From positions 17,425 to 81,424 of the forward strand of contig JACDBH010000002.1 in the NCBI GenBank assembly GCA_013694995.1: a stretch of DNA of 64,000 nt, written 5' to 3'. The notes beneath the pieces were generated by a model that saw only the letters and a list, made by a program, of their open reading frames with translations, searched no databases and was not told where the DNA came from. Below are positions 17,517 through 27,638 of the stretch, one piece after another. The DNA is from Candidatus Saccharimonadota bacterium (GTDB lineage: Bacteria; Patescibacteriota; Saccharimonadia; Saccharimonadales; JACDBH01). Position numbers and translations under genes: made by a program. The stretch's first letter is position 1, and each line of letters begins with the position of its first letter.

Positions 17517-20129
17517 TTGATGAATAACAGGTTACTGAAGCGTATTTTAGGTGATCCGCAGATAAAAACTCTCCGCCGCCTCCGTAAACGGGTGGAAATT
17601 ATTAACGGGCTGGAATCAAAATATAAAAAACTCAGCGATACAAAGCTTAAAGATCAAACCAGTGTGCTTAAGAAACGCCTTGAAAAAGAAACCCTGGATG
17701 CAATTCTTCCCGATGCCTTCGCAGTCGTGCGGGAAGCTGCGCTGCGCACGCTAGGACAGCGTCACTTTGATGTCCAATTGATTGGTGGTATAGCGCTCCA
17801 CGAAGGCAAAGTAGCTGAGATGAAAACAGGAGAAGGCAAGACCTTGGTTGCAACACTGCCACTTTACTTAAATGCTTTAACTAAAAAAGGTGCCCATCTT
17901 GTAACGGTCAATGATTATTTGGCTCGAATTGGTGCCGGTTGGATGGCGCCCGTTTATGATTTCTTAGGAATCAGCGTTGGAGTTATTATCCCAGACCAAT
18001 CTTTTATTTATGATCCTGATTTTACCGATAATAGTCATGACGATCCACGGTTCAGCCACCTTAAGCCTTGCACTCGCCAAGAGGCTTATCGTGCGGACAT
18101 TACCTACAGCACCAACAATGAACTCGGTTTTGATTACTTGCGTGACAACATGGTGCGCAAAACAGACCAGTTGCGGCAACGCGAATTACATTATGCAATT
18201 GTCGATGAGGTGGACTCTATCCTAATTGACGAAGCCCGGACACCGCTGATTATTTCAGCTCCAGCTGTCGCCTCCGGAGCCAGCTATTCACAGTTTTCTA
18301 AATTTGTCCGCCAGCTAGAGCCCGAGCATTACGAAATCGATGAGAAACGTCGAAGTGTTATCTTGACTGATATTGGCGTTGAGAAAGTTGAGAAAATTCT
18401 TGGCATTAAAAGCCTTTATTCGACCGAAAATATCCGCAACATTTATCACCTGGAACAAGCCCTAAAGGCCCAGCTGCTCTTCAAGCGCGACAAAGATTAC
18501 GTAATTAGCTCAGACGGCGAGATTGTAATCGTTGATGAATTCACAGGACGGCTCTTAAAAGGCCGGCGCTATAACGAGGGTCTACACCAGGCCATTGAAG
18601 CTAAAGAAAACGTCGAAATACAACAAGAGTCTATGACACTTGCTACAATCTCGTTTCAGAACTATTTCCGCTTATACGAAAAATTGTCTGGTATGACAGG
18701 GACGGCCCTTACAGAGAGCGAAGAATTTCATCAAATATACAAATTAGATGTGTTGGAAATACCGTCAAACCGCAAAATAATCCGCGAAGACCGCTCTGAC
18801 CGTATTTATAAAACCGAAACCGACAAGTTCAAAGCCATAGTCGCTGAAGTCAAAAAGCTGCATGTCACTGGCCAGCCGGTGCTTATCGGCACGGTTTCAA
18901 TCGAAAAGAATGAAGCCCTTGCTAGCGCGCTCAAAAAAGCTAGCATTCCTCACCAGATACTGAACGCCAAGAATAATGAGCGTGAAGCAGCAATAGTTGC
19001 CCGTGCGGGCCAAAAGGGCGCGGTAACACTAGCCACAAACATTGCCGGACGTGGCACCGATATAGTACTAGACGAAGAAACAAAAAGACTTGGCGGACTG
19101 TTTGTTTTAGGCTCAGAGCGACATGAATCTCGACGCATCGACAACCAACTTCGGGGACGCAGTGGCCGTCAAGGAGATAAGGGTATTACGCAGTTCTTTG
19201 TGAGCACCGAGGACGAATTGATGCGCATATTCGGCGGTGAGCGTATCGGTTCTCTGATGGACCGACTCAAAGTAGACGATGAAACACCAATTGAAAACCG
19301 TATTATCAGTAAAAGCCTGGAATCGGCCCAGAAGAAAGTTGAAGGTTTCAACTTTGATATGCGCAAAAACGTTGTCCAGTATGACGATGTAATGAACCGC
19401 CACCGCAAGGCCGTCTATGCAATGCGCAAGGAAATACTACAGCAAGCCAACATCAGCAAACGCATAAAAGCCTTTATCCAGGATGAGGTTAGTCTATTAA
19501 TAGCTTCGCCGGAATCGTTAACGGATAAATTTGAGTCAGTACTAAAACAAATTTTCCCGTTTGATGAAGCAACACTAGACCGTTTGTTCGATGCTGATGC
19601 CAGCCAATTTGAGAAAACTTTACTAACAGAAGCTGAGGAACTTTATACTTCGCGCGAGGCAGCTTTTGGCGGCAAAGTGCTAAAAAAAGTGGAGCGCGAT
19701 ATATATCTTCAGGTGCTCGACAACTTATGGATGCAGCATCTTGAGAACATGGATCATTTGCGCGAAGGTATTCACTGGCTGAGTGTCGGACAGCGTGATC
19801 CTTTGGTAGAGTATCGTCGCCAGTCGCAAGTAATATTCGCTGAAATGCAAAGACAGTTACAGCACGATGTGCTCCGAAGCGTATTTAATGCCCAGCCAGT
19901 TGATGATAGCGAATTGGACGAACCGACCGATACCGAACTCACCCGGGCAGCGCGAGCCTCGGTAGATAATGCCGATCGCATCTTAGAAGTGGATGAGTTC
20001 GATGAGCGTGATTTTAAACCTTCAGCTCAAGCTGGTGGTGGCACCAAAGTTCAAATTACCAAAAGCAAGAAACAGAAGCAGCGGAAAGCCGAACGCCAAC
20101 GCCGCCATAAGACAAAAAAGCGAAAATAA
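17517..20129 (+). CDS. secA: Preprotein translocase ATPase SecA
   Basis: 870 aa. MKTGEGKTL Walker A and DEVDSILIDEARTPLIIS motifs. Lys-rich C-terminal tail without Cys. The start may be ATG at 17520. Confidence 0.96.
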   Translation: MMNNRLLKRILGDPQIKTLRRLRKRVEIINGLESKYKKLSDTKLKDQTSVLKKRLEKETLDAILPDAFAVVREAALRTLGQRHFDVQLIGGIALHEGKVAEMKTGEGKTLVATLPLYLNALTKKGAHLVTVNDYLARIGAGWMAPVYDFLGISVGVIIPDQSFIYDPDFTDNSHDDPRFSHLKPCTRQEAYRADITYSTNNELGFDYLRDNMVRKTDQLRQRELHYAIVDEVDSILIDEARTPLIISAPAVASGASYSQFSKFVRQLEPEHYEIDEKRRSVILTDIGVEKVEKILGIKSLYSTENIRNIYHLEQALKAQLLFKRDKDYVISSDGEIVIVDEFTGRLLKGRRYNEGLHQAIEAKENVEIQQESMTLATISFQNYFRLYEKLSGMTGTALTESEEFHQIYKLDVLEIPSNRKIIREDRSDRIYKTETDKFKAIVAEVKKLHVTGQPVLIGTVSIEKNEALASALKKASIPHQILNAKNNEREAAIVARAGQKGAVTLATNIAGRGTDIVLDEETKRLGGLFVLGSERHESRRIDNQLRGRSGRQGDKGITQFFVSTEDELMRIFGGERIGSLMDRLKVDDETPIENRIISKSLESAQKKVEGFNFDMRKNVVQYDDVMNRHRKAVYAMRKEILQQANISKRIKAFIQDEVSLLIASPESLTDKFESVLKQIFPFDEATLDRLFDADASQFEKTLLTEAEELYTSREAAFGGKVLKKVERDIYLQVLDNLWMQHLENMDHLREGIHWLSVGQRDPLVEYRRQSQVIFAEMQRQLQHDVLRSVFNAQPVDDSELDEPTDTELTRAARASVDNADRILEVDEFDERDFKPSAQAGGGTKVQITKSKKQKQRKAERQRRHKTKKRK

Positions 20130-20136
20130 TTTAGTC

Positions 20137-21426
20137 ATGAAACATACTGTTGAAAAAGTGACACTTTTGAACGGCGCAGAAGGATTATTAATAGATGTAG
20201 CCGATGCCAGCGTCATGACTTTTGAGTTCAATTTCCGTGCCGGAGAGTATTTGGTAGACCCCGTTAAATGGGAAACACCACACATAATGGAACACGTACT
20301 ACTCGGCGCCAATAAGCTGTACCCCAAGGCTAGGATTTTCCAAGCTGAGTTTGAAAAAAACGGCGCCTACAACAATGCTAGCACCGGCGTTTATGATATT
20401 ACTTACGAAGCCGAATGCGCCGAATTTGAATGGGAACGTATCCTGGACCTCATGGTACTGGCTATCAGCCAGCCATTGTTCTTGCAGGAAGAGTTTGATG
20501 CTGAACTGGGTAACGTCCGAGAAGAACTAAACGGCCGGGCAAATAACCATTTTCGGCACCTAAGCCTTGCTATGCGCAAGTACTGCGGCTACCAGGCTAT
20601 GACCGATCGCGAGCGATTAAAGCTCCTAGCTAATAATCAGAAAAATGACATCGAAGAACATTATAAAAAGACCCACACAACTTCGAACATGAGGTTTGTT
20701 ATTGCCGGTAGTATTACCGGGCACCGGGCAACCATTGTCCGCATGCTGGAGGATATGCAGCTGCCGAAAGGTAAAGGTCGGATCCCATTGCCGCTGGAAA
20801 CGCCGCTGAAACAATCTAAAGGGATGTACCTGCGCAACCCCAGTGTTAAAAATGCCTACTTTATTGTCGATACTTTTCATTTGGAACGCCTTGATGAACC
20901 TGAGTGGGATGCCGGCCAGCTTATCAATACCATGCTTACAGAAACACTGTATTCGCGGATATTAGGTGCGGCACGAGAGCGTGGCCTCGTATATTCCATG
21001 AGTTCGGGCTTCAATCAGCTCAGCCAAAATGTTTCATGGTGGTTTGGCGCTCAGGTCATGCCTTCTAACGCCCAAGCTTTATTCAAGATTATGATTGATG
21101 AACTATATATGGTGCGCGACGGTAACATCGACGAACAAGATATAGAAGCTGCTAAGCAGTACATGCTCGGCCGGTATCAGAGGGCAGGGCAGACCGTAGC
21201 CGGCACGGCGTCAGGTTATACCAACCGGTACTTTTTTGAAGACATAGTCGACGATTATTATGCGCTGCCGGAACGTATAAAAACTGTTACTAAAACTCGT
21301 ATTATTAGTACCACTAATTTAATGTTCCAAGACGATGTCTGGAATATGGGAATGCTGTGTAGCGCCGGCCGGCCTTTTGTTGACGAACTATATGAACAAT
21401 TAGCGCCACTCTGGTTAAAGCCATAA
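20137..21426 (+). CDS. M16 (pitrilysin/insulinase) family zinc peptidase
   Basis: Starts MKHTVEKV. Inverted zinc motif HIMEH (HxxEH). The track ORF start (19993) lies inside secA and was trimmed. Confidence 0.82.
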   Translation: MKHTVEKVTLLNGAEGLLIDVADASVMTFEFNFRAGEYLVDPVKWETPHIMEHVLLGANKLYPKARIFQAEFEKNGAYNNASTGVYDITYEAECAEFEWERILDLMVLAISQPLFLQEEFDAELGNVREELNGRANNHFRHLSLAMRKYCGYQAMTDRERLKLLANNQKNDIEEHYKKTHTTSNMRFVIAGSITGHRATIVRMLEDMQLPKGKGRIPLPLETPLKQSKGMYLRNPSVKNAYFIVDTFHLERLDEPEWDAGQLINTMLTETLYSRILGAARERGLVYSMSSGFNQLSQNVSWWFGAQVMPSNAQALFKIMIDELYMVRDGNIDEQDIEAAKQYMLGRYQRAGQTVAGTASGYTNRYFFEDIVDDYYALPERIKTVTKTRIISTTNLMFQDDVWNMGMLCSAGRPFVDELYEQLAPLWLKP

Positions 21427-21432
21427 TTAATT

Positions 21433-22503
21433 ATGGACCAATTAAAAAAACAAATTTCGGCACTACAGAAAGACATTGCCGATGCGCTAGAGCGGATTGG
21501 ATTGAAATCAATTGAAGCCGACTTAGAAAAATTACATACTCAAGTTAATAATCCCGATTTTTGGCAGGACCCAAAACGAGCGGCAAAAGTTTCTAAAGCA
21601 CAGGCTGAACTTGAACAGCGGATTCTACCCTGGGTATCGATTCGTGACGAAACGACGGAAGTAGCAGAGATGGCGATCTTAGATGACGAATCACTAAAAG
21701 CCGATCTGGATGCTCAGTTGCAAAAACTTTTAAGTCGTTTTGAAAAACAAAAAAAAGAATTACGTTACAGCGGTCCTTACGACCATAGCAACGTAATCCT
21801 AAGTATTTATGCCGGAGCAGGGGGCACAGATGCCCAGGACTGGGCTGGCATGCTGCAGAGGATGTATGTCCGTTGGGCTGAACGGCATCGCTATAGCGTC
21901 GTCACCATTACTGAATCTTTAGGAGAAGAGGCAGGTCTCAAAACAGTTACAATAGCAATCAATGGTAATATGGCTTACGGTAAATTAAAAGGCGAACATG
22001 GAGTTCATCGCCTGGTAAGACTAAGCCCATATAATGCCGATTCGTTGAGGCAGACCAGTTTTGCGAAAGTCGACGTGCTGCCAAAAATCGACCAGCCTGA
22101 AGAGGCTGAGATTGACGAAAAAGATCTGAAAATCGATGTCTACCGCAGCGGCGGTCATGGCGGCCAGAGCGTTAATACAACTGATTCGGCCGTTCGTATT
22201 ACCCACTTGCCGACGGGCATTACGGTTGCTATCCAAAACGAGCGTTCACAATTACAGAACCGCGAAACAGCAATGACGATTATCCGCTCCAAACTTGTCC
22301 AGCAGCAGCTGGAGCAACATCTCGAAAAAATTGCAGATTTAAAGGGTCCTAACGAGCAAGCGGCATGGGGAAATCAGATACGTAACTACGTGCTGCATCC
22401 ATATCAGATGGTCAAAGATTTGCGTAGCAGTGTCGAAACAAGTGATACGGACAGTGTGTTGGACGGAGAGATAGATAAATTTATTGAAGCTTACGAAGGC
22501 TAA
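21433..22503 (+). CDS. prfB: Peptide chain release factor 2 (single ORF, no frameshift)
   Basis: 356 aa. GGQSVNTTDSAVRITHLPTG, and RLVRLSPYNADSLRQTSF where RF2 normally has SPF. Confidence 0.92.
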   Translation: MDQLKKQISALQKDIADALERIGLKSIEADLEKLHTQVNNPDFWQDPKRAAKVSKAQAELEQRILPWVSIRDETTEVAEMAILDDESLKADLDAQLQKLLSRFEKQKKELRYSGPYDHSNVILSIYAGAGGTDAQDWAGMLQRMYVRWAERHRYSVVTITESLGEEAGLKTVTIAINGNMAYGKLKGEHGVHRLVRLSPYNADSLRQTSFAKVDVLPKIDQPEEAEIDEKDLKIDVYRSGGHGGQSVNTTDSAVRITHLPTGITVAIQNERSQLQNRETAMTIIRSKLVQQQLEQHLEKIADLKGPNEQAAWGNQIRNYVLHPYQMVKDLRSSVETSDTDSVLDGEIDKFIEAYEG

Positions 22504-22535
22504 AGACCTTTTTAGATGGTATACTTAAGCTTATT

Positions 22536-23411
22536 ATGAAACGCTTTGGTGGGTTGCTGATAGTGTTTATGCTTGCACAGGTTATGTTTGTGCAGGGTAA
22601 GGCCAATTCAGCTGCTTGTGCCAATGTATCGAGCTATGGCACGGTGCGCTTGTCTTTACCTGAGCTGCCCCGTAAAGGAAAGTATGCGCTATGGGTAAGA
22701 ACGCAATCCGCGTTCCGGCAGAGCCGTATTTTGCTTGAGGTTAATAAAGAAAATTGCCTAACACTTGAATCTTTGGATGCTCCAGCTAACCAGTGGTTTT
22801 GGCTGACTCAAAAAGACTCGCAGGGAGTTATAATACCCGTAAATATTGATAATATAAGTGGCAATGTTATCACATTAATTGGCATTGACGACGCCATCAA
22901 AGTCGATAAGGTCGTTCTGACGGAACTGGACTGTATGCCACAGGATTTTGGTGATAATTGTAATAACATAGAAGCCATGCCGCCGGACACCACTAGTATT
23001 ACCCAATTAGAGCCTTACCAAGGAATAGTTAGTGGTAGCATAAAAGTCAGTAAGACGCCGGATATTAACCGAGGGCTGCTCCAGGAAGTCAGGTACAGCA
23101 CCAACGGCCGGGTTTTCCAGAGGAGTGAAGAAGGTGCCTGGCTTGATACGACACTAATCGAAAACGGCAAGCACACGGTTTTTATTGATATATTACTAAA
23201 AGATGGGCAATCAATAAGGGAAAGTATAATCTTGGACGTCAAAAATCCGGTCAATGCCATTACGCCAGTCATAAGATGGGTACGGATCAGTTCATCATCA
23301 ATAAAATTTGTGTTTATACTTATTGCTACTATCGTAGCTATTGTAGGAATGTTGTATTTATTACGAAGTAGCTATAAAAAGCGCCGGGAGCTGGAATTCC
23401 GAGGATTCTAG
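22536..23411 (+). CDS. Hypothetical exported protein with C-terminal TM anchor
   Basis: 291 aa. N-terminal signal-like helix, beta-rich ectodomain, C-terminal hydrophobic helix followed by KKRR. Confidence 0.6.
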   Translation: MKRFGGLLIVFMLAQVMFVQGKANSAACANVSSYGTVRLSLPELPRKGKYALWVRTQSAFRQSRILLEVNKENCLTLESLDAPANQWFWLTQKDSQGVIIPVNIDNISGNVITLIGIDDAIKVDKVVLTELDCMPQDFGDNCNNIEAMPPDTTSITQLEPYQGIVSGSIKVSKTPDINRGLLQEVRYSTNGRVFQRSEEGAWLDTTLIENGKHTVFIDILLKDGQSIRESIILDVKNPVNAITPVIRWVRISSSSIKFVFILIATIVAIVGMLYLLRSSYKKRRELEFRGF

Positions 23412-23488
23412 CTATTTAATAAAAAGCAGCATTTTGGCAAAAAAGTTGTCAGGCTATACAAGAATAAGCGATTTGGTATAATGGTCTG

Positions 23489-24172
23489 GTGATATTGCTT
23501 GATCGTGTGAGTAAAGCCTACAGCAAGAAAGGTGGGACCGCTTTAGAGCGGATTAGTCTGCATATAGAACCAAAAGAATTTGTTATTATAGTCGGCGCTT
23601 CTGGGGCAGGAAAATCAACGCTACTTAAGTTACTAACCCGTGAGGAAAAACCGACATCTGGCAAAATTATCGTCGGCGGGATTGACTATGAACGTTTGCA
23701 TGACCGCGATGTACCGCGCTTGCGCCGCCGCATCGGAGTTGTTTTCCAAGATTTCAAGCTATTGCCAAATAAAACCGTGTATGAAAATGTCGCTTTTGCA
23801 CTGGAAATAATAGGCGTTAGCACTAAAGAAATACGTAACACGGTGCCTCGGGTACTGGATATAGTCGGGCTTAAGGATAAAGAAAAAAGCATGCCGCTGG
23901 AACTATCCGGCGGTGAACGGCAGCGTGTTGCCATAGCCCGGGCAATAGTGCGGCAGCCTAAAATCCTTATTGCCGATGAGCCGACCGGTAACCTGGACCC
24001 TAAGCACGCCTGGGATGTCATTAAAGTACTAGAAAAAATTAACCGTTACGGAACTACCGTCCTACTTACTACCCATAACCAAGACATCGTCAACAAGTTG
24101 AAACGCCGGGTAGTGACTATAACCGACGGCAAGATACAAAGTGACGAAGCCCGCGGAAGCTACAATCTGTGA
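23489..24172 (+). CDS. ftsE: Cell division ATP-binding protein FtsE
   Basis: 227 aa, GTG start. GASGAGKST, LSGGERQR and ILIADEPTGNLD motifs. Overlaps ftsX by 4 nt. Confidence 0.93.
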   Translation: MILLDRVSKAYSKKGGTALERISLHIEPKEFVIIVGASGAGKSTLLKLLTREEKPTSGKIIVGGIDYERLHDRDVPRLRRRIGVVFQDFKLLPNKTVYENVAFALEIIGVSTKEIRNTVPRVLDIVGLKDKEKSMPLELSGGERQRVAIARAIVRQPKILIADEPTGNLDPKHAWDVIKVLEKINRYGTTVLLTTHNQDIVNKLKRRVVTITDGKIQSDEARGSYNL

Positions 24173-25116
24173 AGAATCGCCGCCTTATAATGTTAGGCCG
24201 TGTATTTATAAACGGCGGTATAAATTTTGTACGTAACGCCTGGCTGAGTATTGCCGCCATGGCTATCATGGTCGTGACACTTAGTATTGTCTTGTTTTCG
24301 TTTATCGCAAATGCAACTTTTTCCCACACAATCCAAGAAATTCGCGATCGCATTGATGTATCAGTATTTTTACTGGACAGCGTAACTACACAGCAGCGGG
24401 ATCAGCTCATAGGACAGCTTGAAGATATTGATAACGTTCGTGCGGTAGAGTATATTTCAAAGGATCAGGCGCTGGCCGATTATATTGAACTGAATAAAGA
24501 CAATGTCGATTTACAGCTTGCAATTTCCCAGACCGAGAACCCCCTACCAGCGAGCCTTCGCCTTAAGCTTCACAATCCGGACATCATAGACCAATTAAAA
24601 TCATTCCTTGATACGCCTGAAATCCAGACTCTCCAGTCAGACGAGACTTCCTATTCCGGGGACCGCAAAGAGGCGATAGATAAGATTGCTAAAGCAACAA
24701 CTTTTATCCGTCAGGCAGGTATTATCGGGGTCCTAATATTCGCATGTATCTCAGTTTTAATTATTTTTAACACTATTCAAATGGCTATTTTTAACCGCCG
24801 CGACGAACTGAGTATTATGCGTTTGCTTGGGGCGAGCCGTTGGTATATCCGCGGACCGTTTTTAGTTGAGAGCCTACTGATTGGCATTTCTGCCGCATTA
24901 ATTTCGGTGGGGCTTTGTAATATTATATTTTCCATCGCCTCAGGCACGCTTGACGCCAGCAGCCTGGGATTATTAGACATAAACTATGCCAGCCGCTATT
25001 TCGAAGAACGTTACTGGATGATTTTGGCTATTCAGCTAGGTATAGGTATAGTTATTGGCGTTACATCATCATTTGTAGCTACCCAGCGATATTTAAGATT
25101 GCGCGATACTAAGTAA
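24169..25116 (+). CDS. ftsX: Cell division permease-like protein FtsX
   Basis: 315 aa. TM1, a large extracytoplasmic loop, then 3 C-terminal TM helices. Coupled to ftsE. Confidence 0.9.
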   Translation: MKNRRLIMLGRVFINGGINFVRNAWLSIAAMAIMVVTLSIVLFSFIANATFSHTIQEIRDRIDVSVFLLDSVTTQQRDQLIGQLEDIDNVRAVEYISKDQALADYIELNKDNVDLQLAISQTENPLPASLRLKLHNPDIIDQLKSFLDTPEIQTLQSDETSYSGDRKEAIDKIAKATTFIRQAGIIGVLIFACISVLIIFNTIQMAIFNRRDELSIMRLLGASRWYIRGPFLVESLLIGISAALISVGLCNIIFSIASGTLDASSLGLLDINYASRYFEERYWMILAIQLGIGIVIGVTSSFVATQRYLRLRDTK

Positions 25117-25131
25117 TTAATTTAAGCTGTG

Positions 25132-25162
25132 ACCCGCCTTATTTTAAGCGGGTTGCTTTTGG
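25132..25162 (+). terminator. Hairpin + T-run between ftsX and the first CHAP gene
   Basis: ACCCGC (25132-25137) / GCGGGT (25148-25153), 10-nt loop, then TGCTTTTGG, which runs into the GGAGGA SD. Confidence 0.5.
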
Positions 25163-25171
25163 AGGATATGC

Positions 25172-26335
25172 ATGTCATACGTTTTAACTCCAAAAGAAAA
25201 ATTATTTAAAAAAAATACCTACAAATTTAGGACGAGGGTGCTGCACGCCGGGCTTTTAGCAGTAACTATCTTTTACAGCATGATTACTTTGGCTAGCTCG
25301 CAAGCAGCCAATGGCCAAAGTCTACAGCAGCAAATTAATAATCTAAACGCCCAGAACCAGCAGTCGCAGTCTAATGCCAGCGCACTGGATATGGAAGCTG
25401 CTAACTTCCAAGATACGATTAATGCCCTGCAGGCGCAAATAGATGCCCAACAGGAGCGGATAAATGAAATCGGGCAAAAGCGGAATGAGCTCCAGGCGCA
25501 AATTACCGAGGCTGAGGCTGAAATTGCTAGGCAGCAGGTGATTTTGGGCAAAAACATCCGAGCCATGTACCTTGAAGGTGATATGTCGACGATTGAGATG
25601 ATTGCAACCAGCAAAAGCCTTAGCCATTACCTTGACAAAGAACAGTACCGCAGCGTGGTGCGCGATACGATTAAAGCTACACTCGATACTATTAAGGAAC
25701 TAAAGGTCTCACTTACTGCTCAGAAAGTGGAGCAGGAGCGACTGCTCAGCGAACAACAAGCCGCACGAGACCAGGTTGCGGCCCAACGTAATGAGCACTC
25801 CAGGCTCTTAGGTCTCAACAAGTCTGAACAGGCGTCGATCGATGCAAGAATCCAAAGTAACAGTTCACGAATTGCAGCCTTAAGAAAACAACAAGCGGCC
25901 GAAAACGCCCGGTTGCAACGCCGTAACGGTGGTACTGTACGCAACGTACCAGATACTACAGGTTACCCGTGGGCGAATGTAGAACCTTTTCCTAATGCTT
26001 TTCCTGATCCTTGGGGCATGTACAAACGCCAATGCGTCAGTTACACCGCCTGGAAAGTCTACAAAAATGGTAAAGACATGCCTTACTGGGGCGGACGTGG
26101 TAATGCCAAGAACTGGGCTAATAATGCCCGAGCCGACGGTATCCCAGTTTTTACTTCGCCACAAAAAGGCGATATTGCCGTCAGTACTCGCGGCACTTAT
26201 GGACACGTGATGTATGTCGAAGAAGTACTTTCCGGCGGACGTATACGTATCAGTCAGTACAACGCCGGTTGGGATGGCCGTTACTCTGAAGCTACAATTT
26301 CATCTGCCGGTTATGAGTACGTACGGTTCCGATAA
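25172..26335 (+). CDS. PcsB-like peptidoglycan hydrolase (signal/TM + coiled coil + CHAP), copy 1
   Basis: 387 aa. About 230 aa Q/A/E-rich coiled coil. C-terminal CHAP domain (QCVSYTAWKV, GHVMYVEEV). GGAGGA SD upstream. Confidence 0.85.
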   Translation: MSYVLTPKEKLFKKNTYKFRTRVLHAGLLAVTIFYSMITLASSQAANGQSLQQQINNLNAQNQQSQSNASALDMEAANFQDTINALQAQIDAQQERINEIGQKRNELQAQITEAEAEIARQQVILGKNIRAMYLEGDMSTIEMIATSKSLSHYLDKEQYRSVVRDTIKATLDTIKELKVSLTAQKVEQERLLSEQQAARDQVAAQRNEHSRLLGLNKSEQASIDARIQSNSSRIAALRKQQAAENARLQRRNGGTVRNVPDTTGYPWANVEPFPNAFPDPWGMYKRQCVSYTAWKVYKNGKDMPYWGGRGNAKNWANNARADGIPVFTSPQKGDIAVSTRGTYGHVMYVEEVLSGGRIRISQYNAGWDGRYSEATISSAGYEYVRFR

Positions 26336-26409
26336 ATCACTACTTTAGCGGATTGTATTTAGAGTCGTTTCATGCTACAATGCATTCGTTATAGTTAAAA
26401 ACAAAAACA

Positions 26410-27576
26410 ATGAAAATTAAGCTAACATCAAGTAACATCAAGATTACCCGTCTCGGATTCCTATTGATTGCGGCAGTGATGAGTGTAGGTAGTTACCGGA
26501 TAGTCCAGGCCCAGAGTCTTCAGGAACAGATTAACGATTTAACTGCCGAAAATAATCAGACAAAACAACAGGTCAATGCGCTTGCAGCTGAAGCCGCCAG
26601 CTACCAGGATGCTATTAACAACTTGCAGGCGCAAATCAATGAATATCAGCGCCAGATTAATGCTCGTCAGGCGGAAAGCGAGAGTTTGAAGGCTCAGATT
26701 GTAGAAAAAGAAGCCGAGCTGCTGCGTCAGAAAGATCTTTTAGGACAAAGCATCAAGGCAATGTATTTAGAGGGCGATATAACCACGATTGAAATGCTTG
26801 CAACCAGCAAGAATCTAAGTGACTACTTTGACCGCCAGCAATATAGAGAAGTGGTAAAAAGTAAAATCAAGACCACGCTTGATAAAGTTACGGCTCTGAA
26901 GGCCGAACTCCAGACAAAGAAAGCAGAAGTCGAAAAGATCATCGTCCAACAGAAGGAGTTGCGAGCCCAAGCCGATGCCCAAAAGGCAGAGCAAAAGCGG
27001 CTTTTAAGTTTCAATAAGTCACAACAAGCAGATTTTAATAACCAGGTGAAGGAAAACCAAGCCAGAATCAATGAGCTGAAACGTCAGCAGGCGATAGAAA
27101 ATGCTCGTTTGTTTGGTGGTACGGGCGGTACTCTGGGTGGCGGTGGCTATCCTTGGGGCAGTGCCAGGTGTATCCACACCGGACAGATTGAAGGTTGGTG
27201 CTATAACTACGATTGGTCAGTTGGTGGTTCGATTTATAATTGGCAGACAGGTGGCTATGGCTACCGTAACTGTACTGACTGGGTGGCCTTCCGAGTCCGA
27301 ATTGCCGGTGGCTACGTCCCATCAGGCCTAGGCAATGCTAGGCAGTGGGATGACCGTGCCCCAAATTACGGTTATACAGTCAGCGGCACACCAAAAGAGG
27401 GTGCTGCGGCCGTTAGCAACAGCGGTTATTACGGCCATGTCATGTATGTTGAAGCAGTAAATGAAGACGGCACTATTATCGTTAGCGATTATAACCGAGC
27501 AGGGACCGGTAAGTACGACATGAACGAATTGTCTGCAGGCACTGCCGGTAATCTTAGATACGTTTATTTCCGCTAG
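26410..27576 (+). CDS. PcsB-like peptidoglycan hydrolase (coiled coil + CHAP), copy 2
   Basis: 388 aa, colinear paralogue of the previous gene. CHAP motifs NCTDWVAFRV and GHVMYVEAV. Confidence 0.85.
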   Translation: MKIKLTSSNIKITRLGFLLIAAVMSVGSYRIVQAQSLQEQINDLTAENNQTKQQVNALAAEAASYQDAINNLQAQINEYQRQINARQAESESLKAQIVEKEAELLRQKDLLGQSIKAMYLEGDITTIEMLATSKNLSDYFDRQQYREVVKSKIKTTLDKVTALKAELQTKKAEVEKIIVQQKELRAQADAQKAEQKRLLSFNKSQQADFNNQVKENQARINELKRQQAIENARLFGGTGGTLGGGGYPWGSARCIHTGQIEGWCYNYDWSVGGSIYNWQTGGYGYRNCTDWVAFRVRIAGGYVPSGLGNARQWDDRAPNYGYTVSGTPKEGAAAVSNSGYYGHVMYVEAVNEDGTIIVSDYNRAGTGKYDMNELSAGTAGNLRYVYFR

Positions 27577-27638
27577 AAGTTCGCATTCTTACGAAGTACT
27601 TTATGGTACAATACCTCTAAACATAAGAGGGAAAACGC

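Noticed and set aside
19993-20136. N-terminal extensions of track ORFs: 19993 (M16 peptidase), 13283 (rsmE), 33909 (xseA), 53118 (ftsW), 54319 (murG), 31001 (small ORF) and 10611-10694 (ABC-F).
   Set aside because: The extensions overlap the preceding gene and encode junk-like sequence. A downstream Met with an SD, a -10 box or a family-typical N-terminus gives a better model, so the starts were trimmed.
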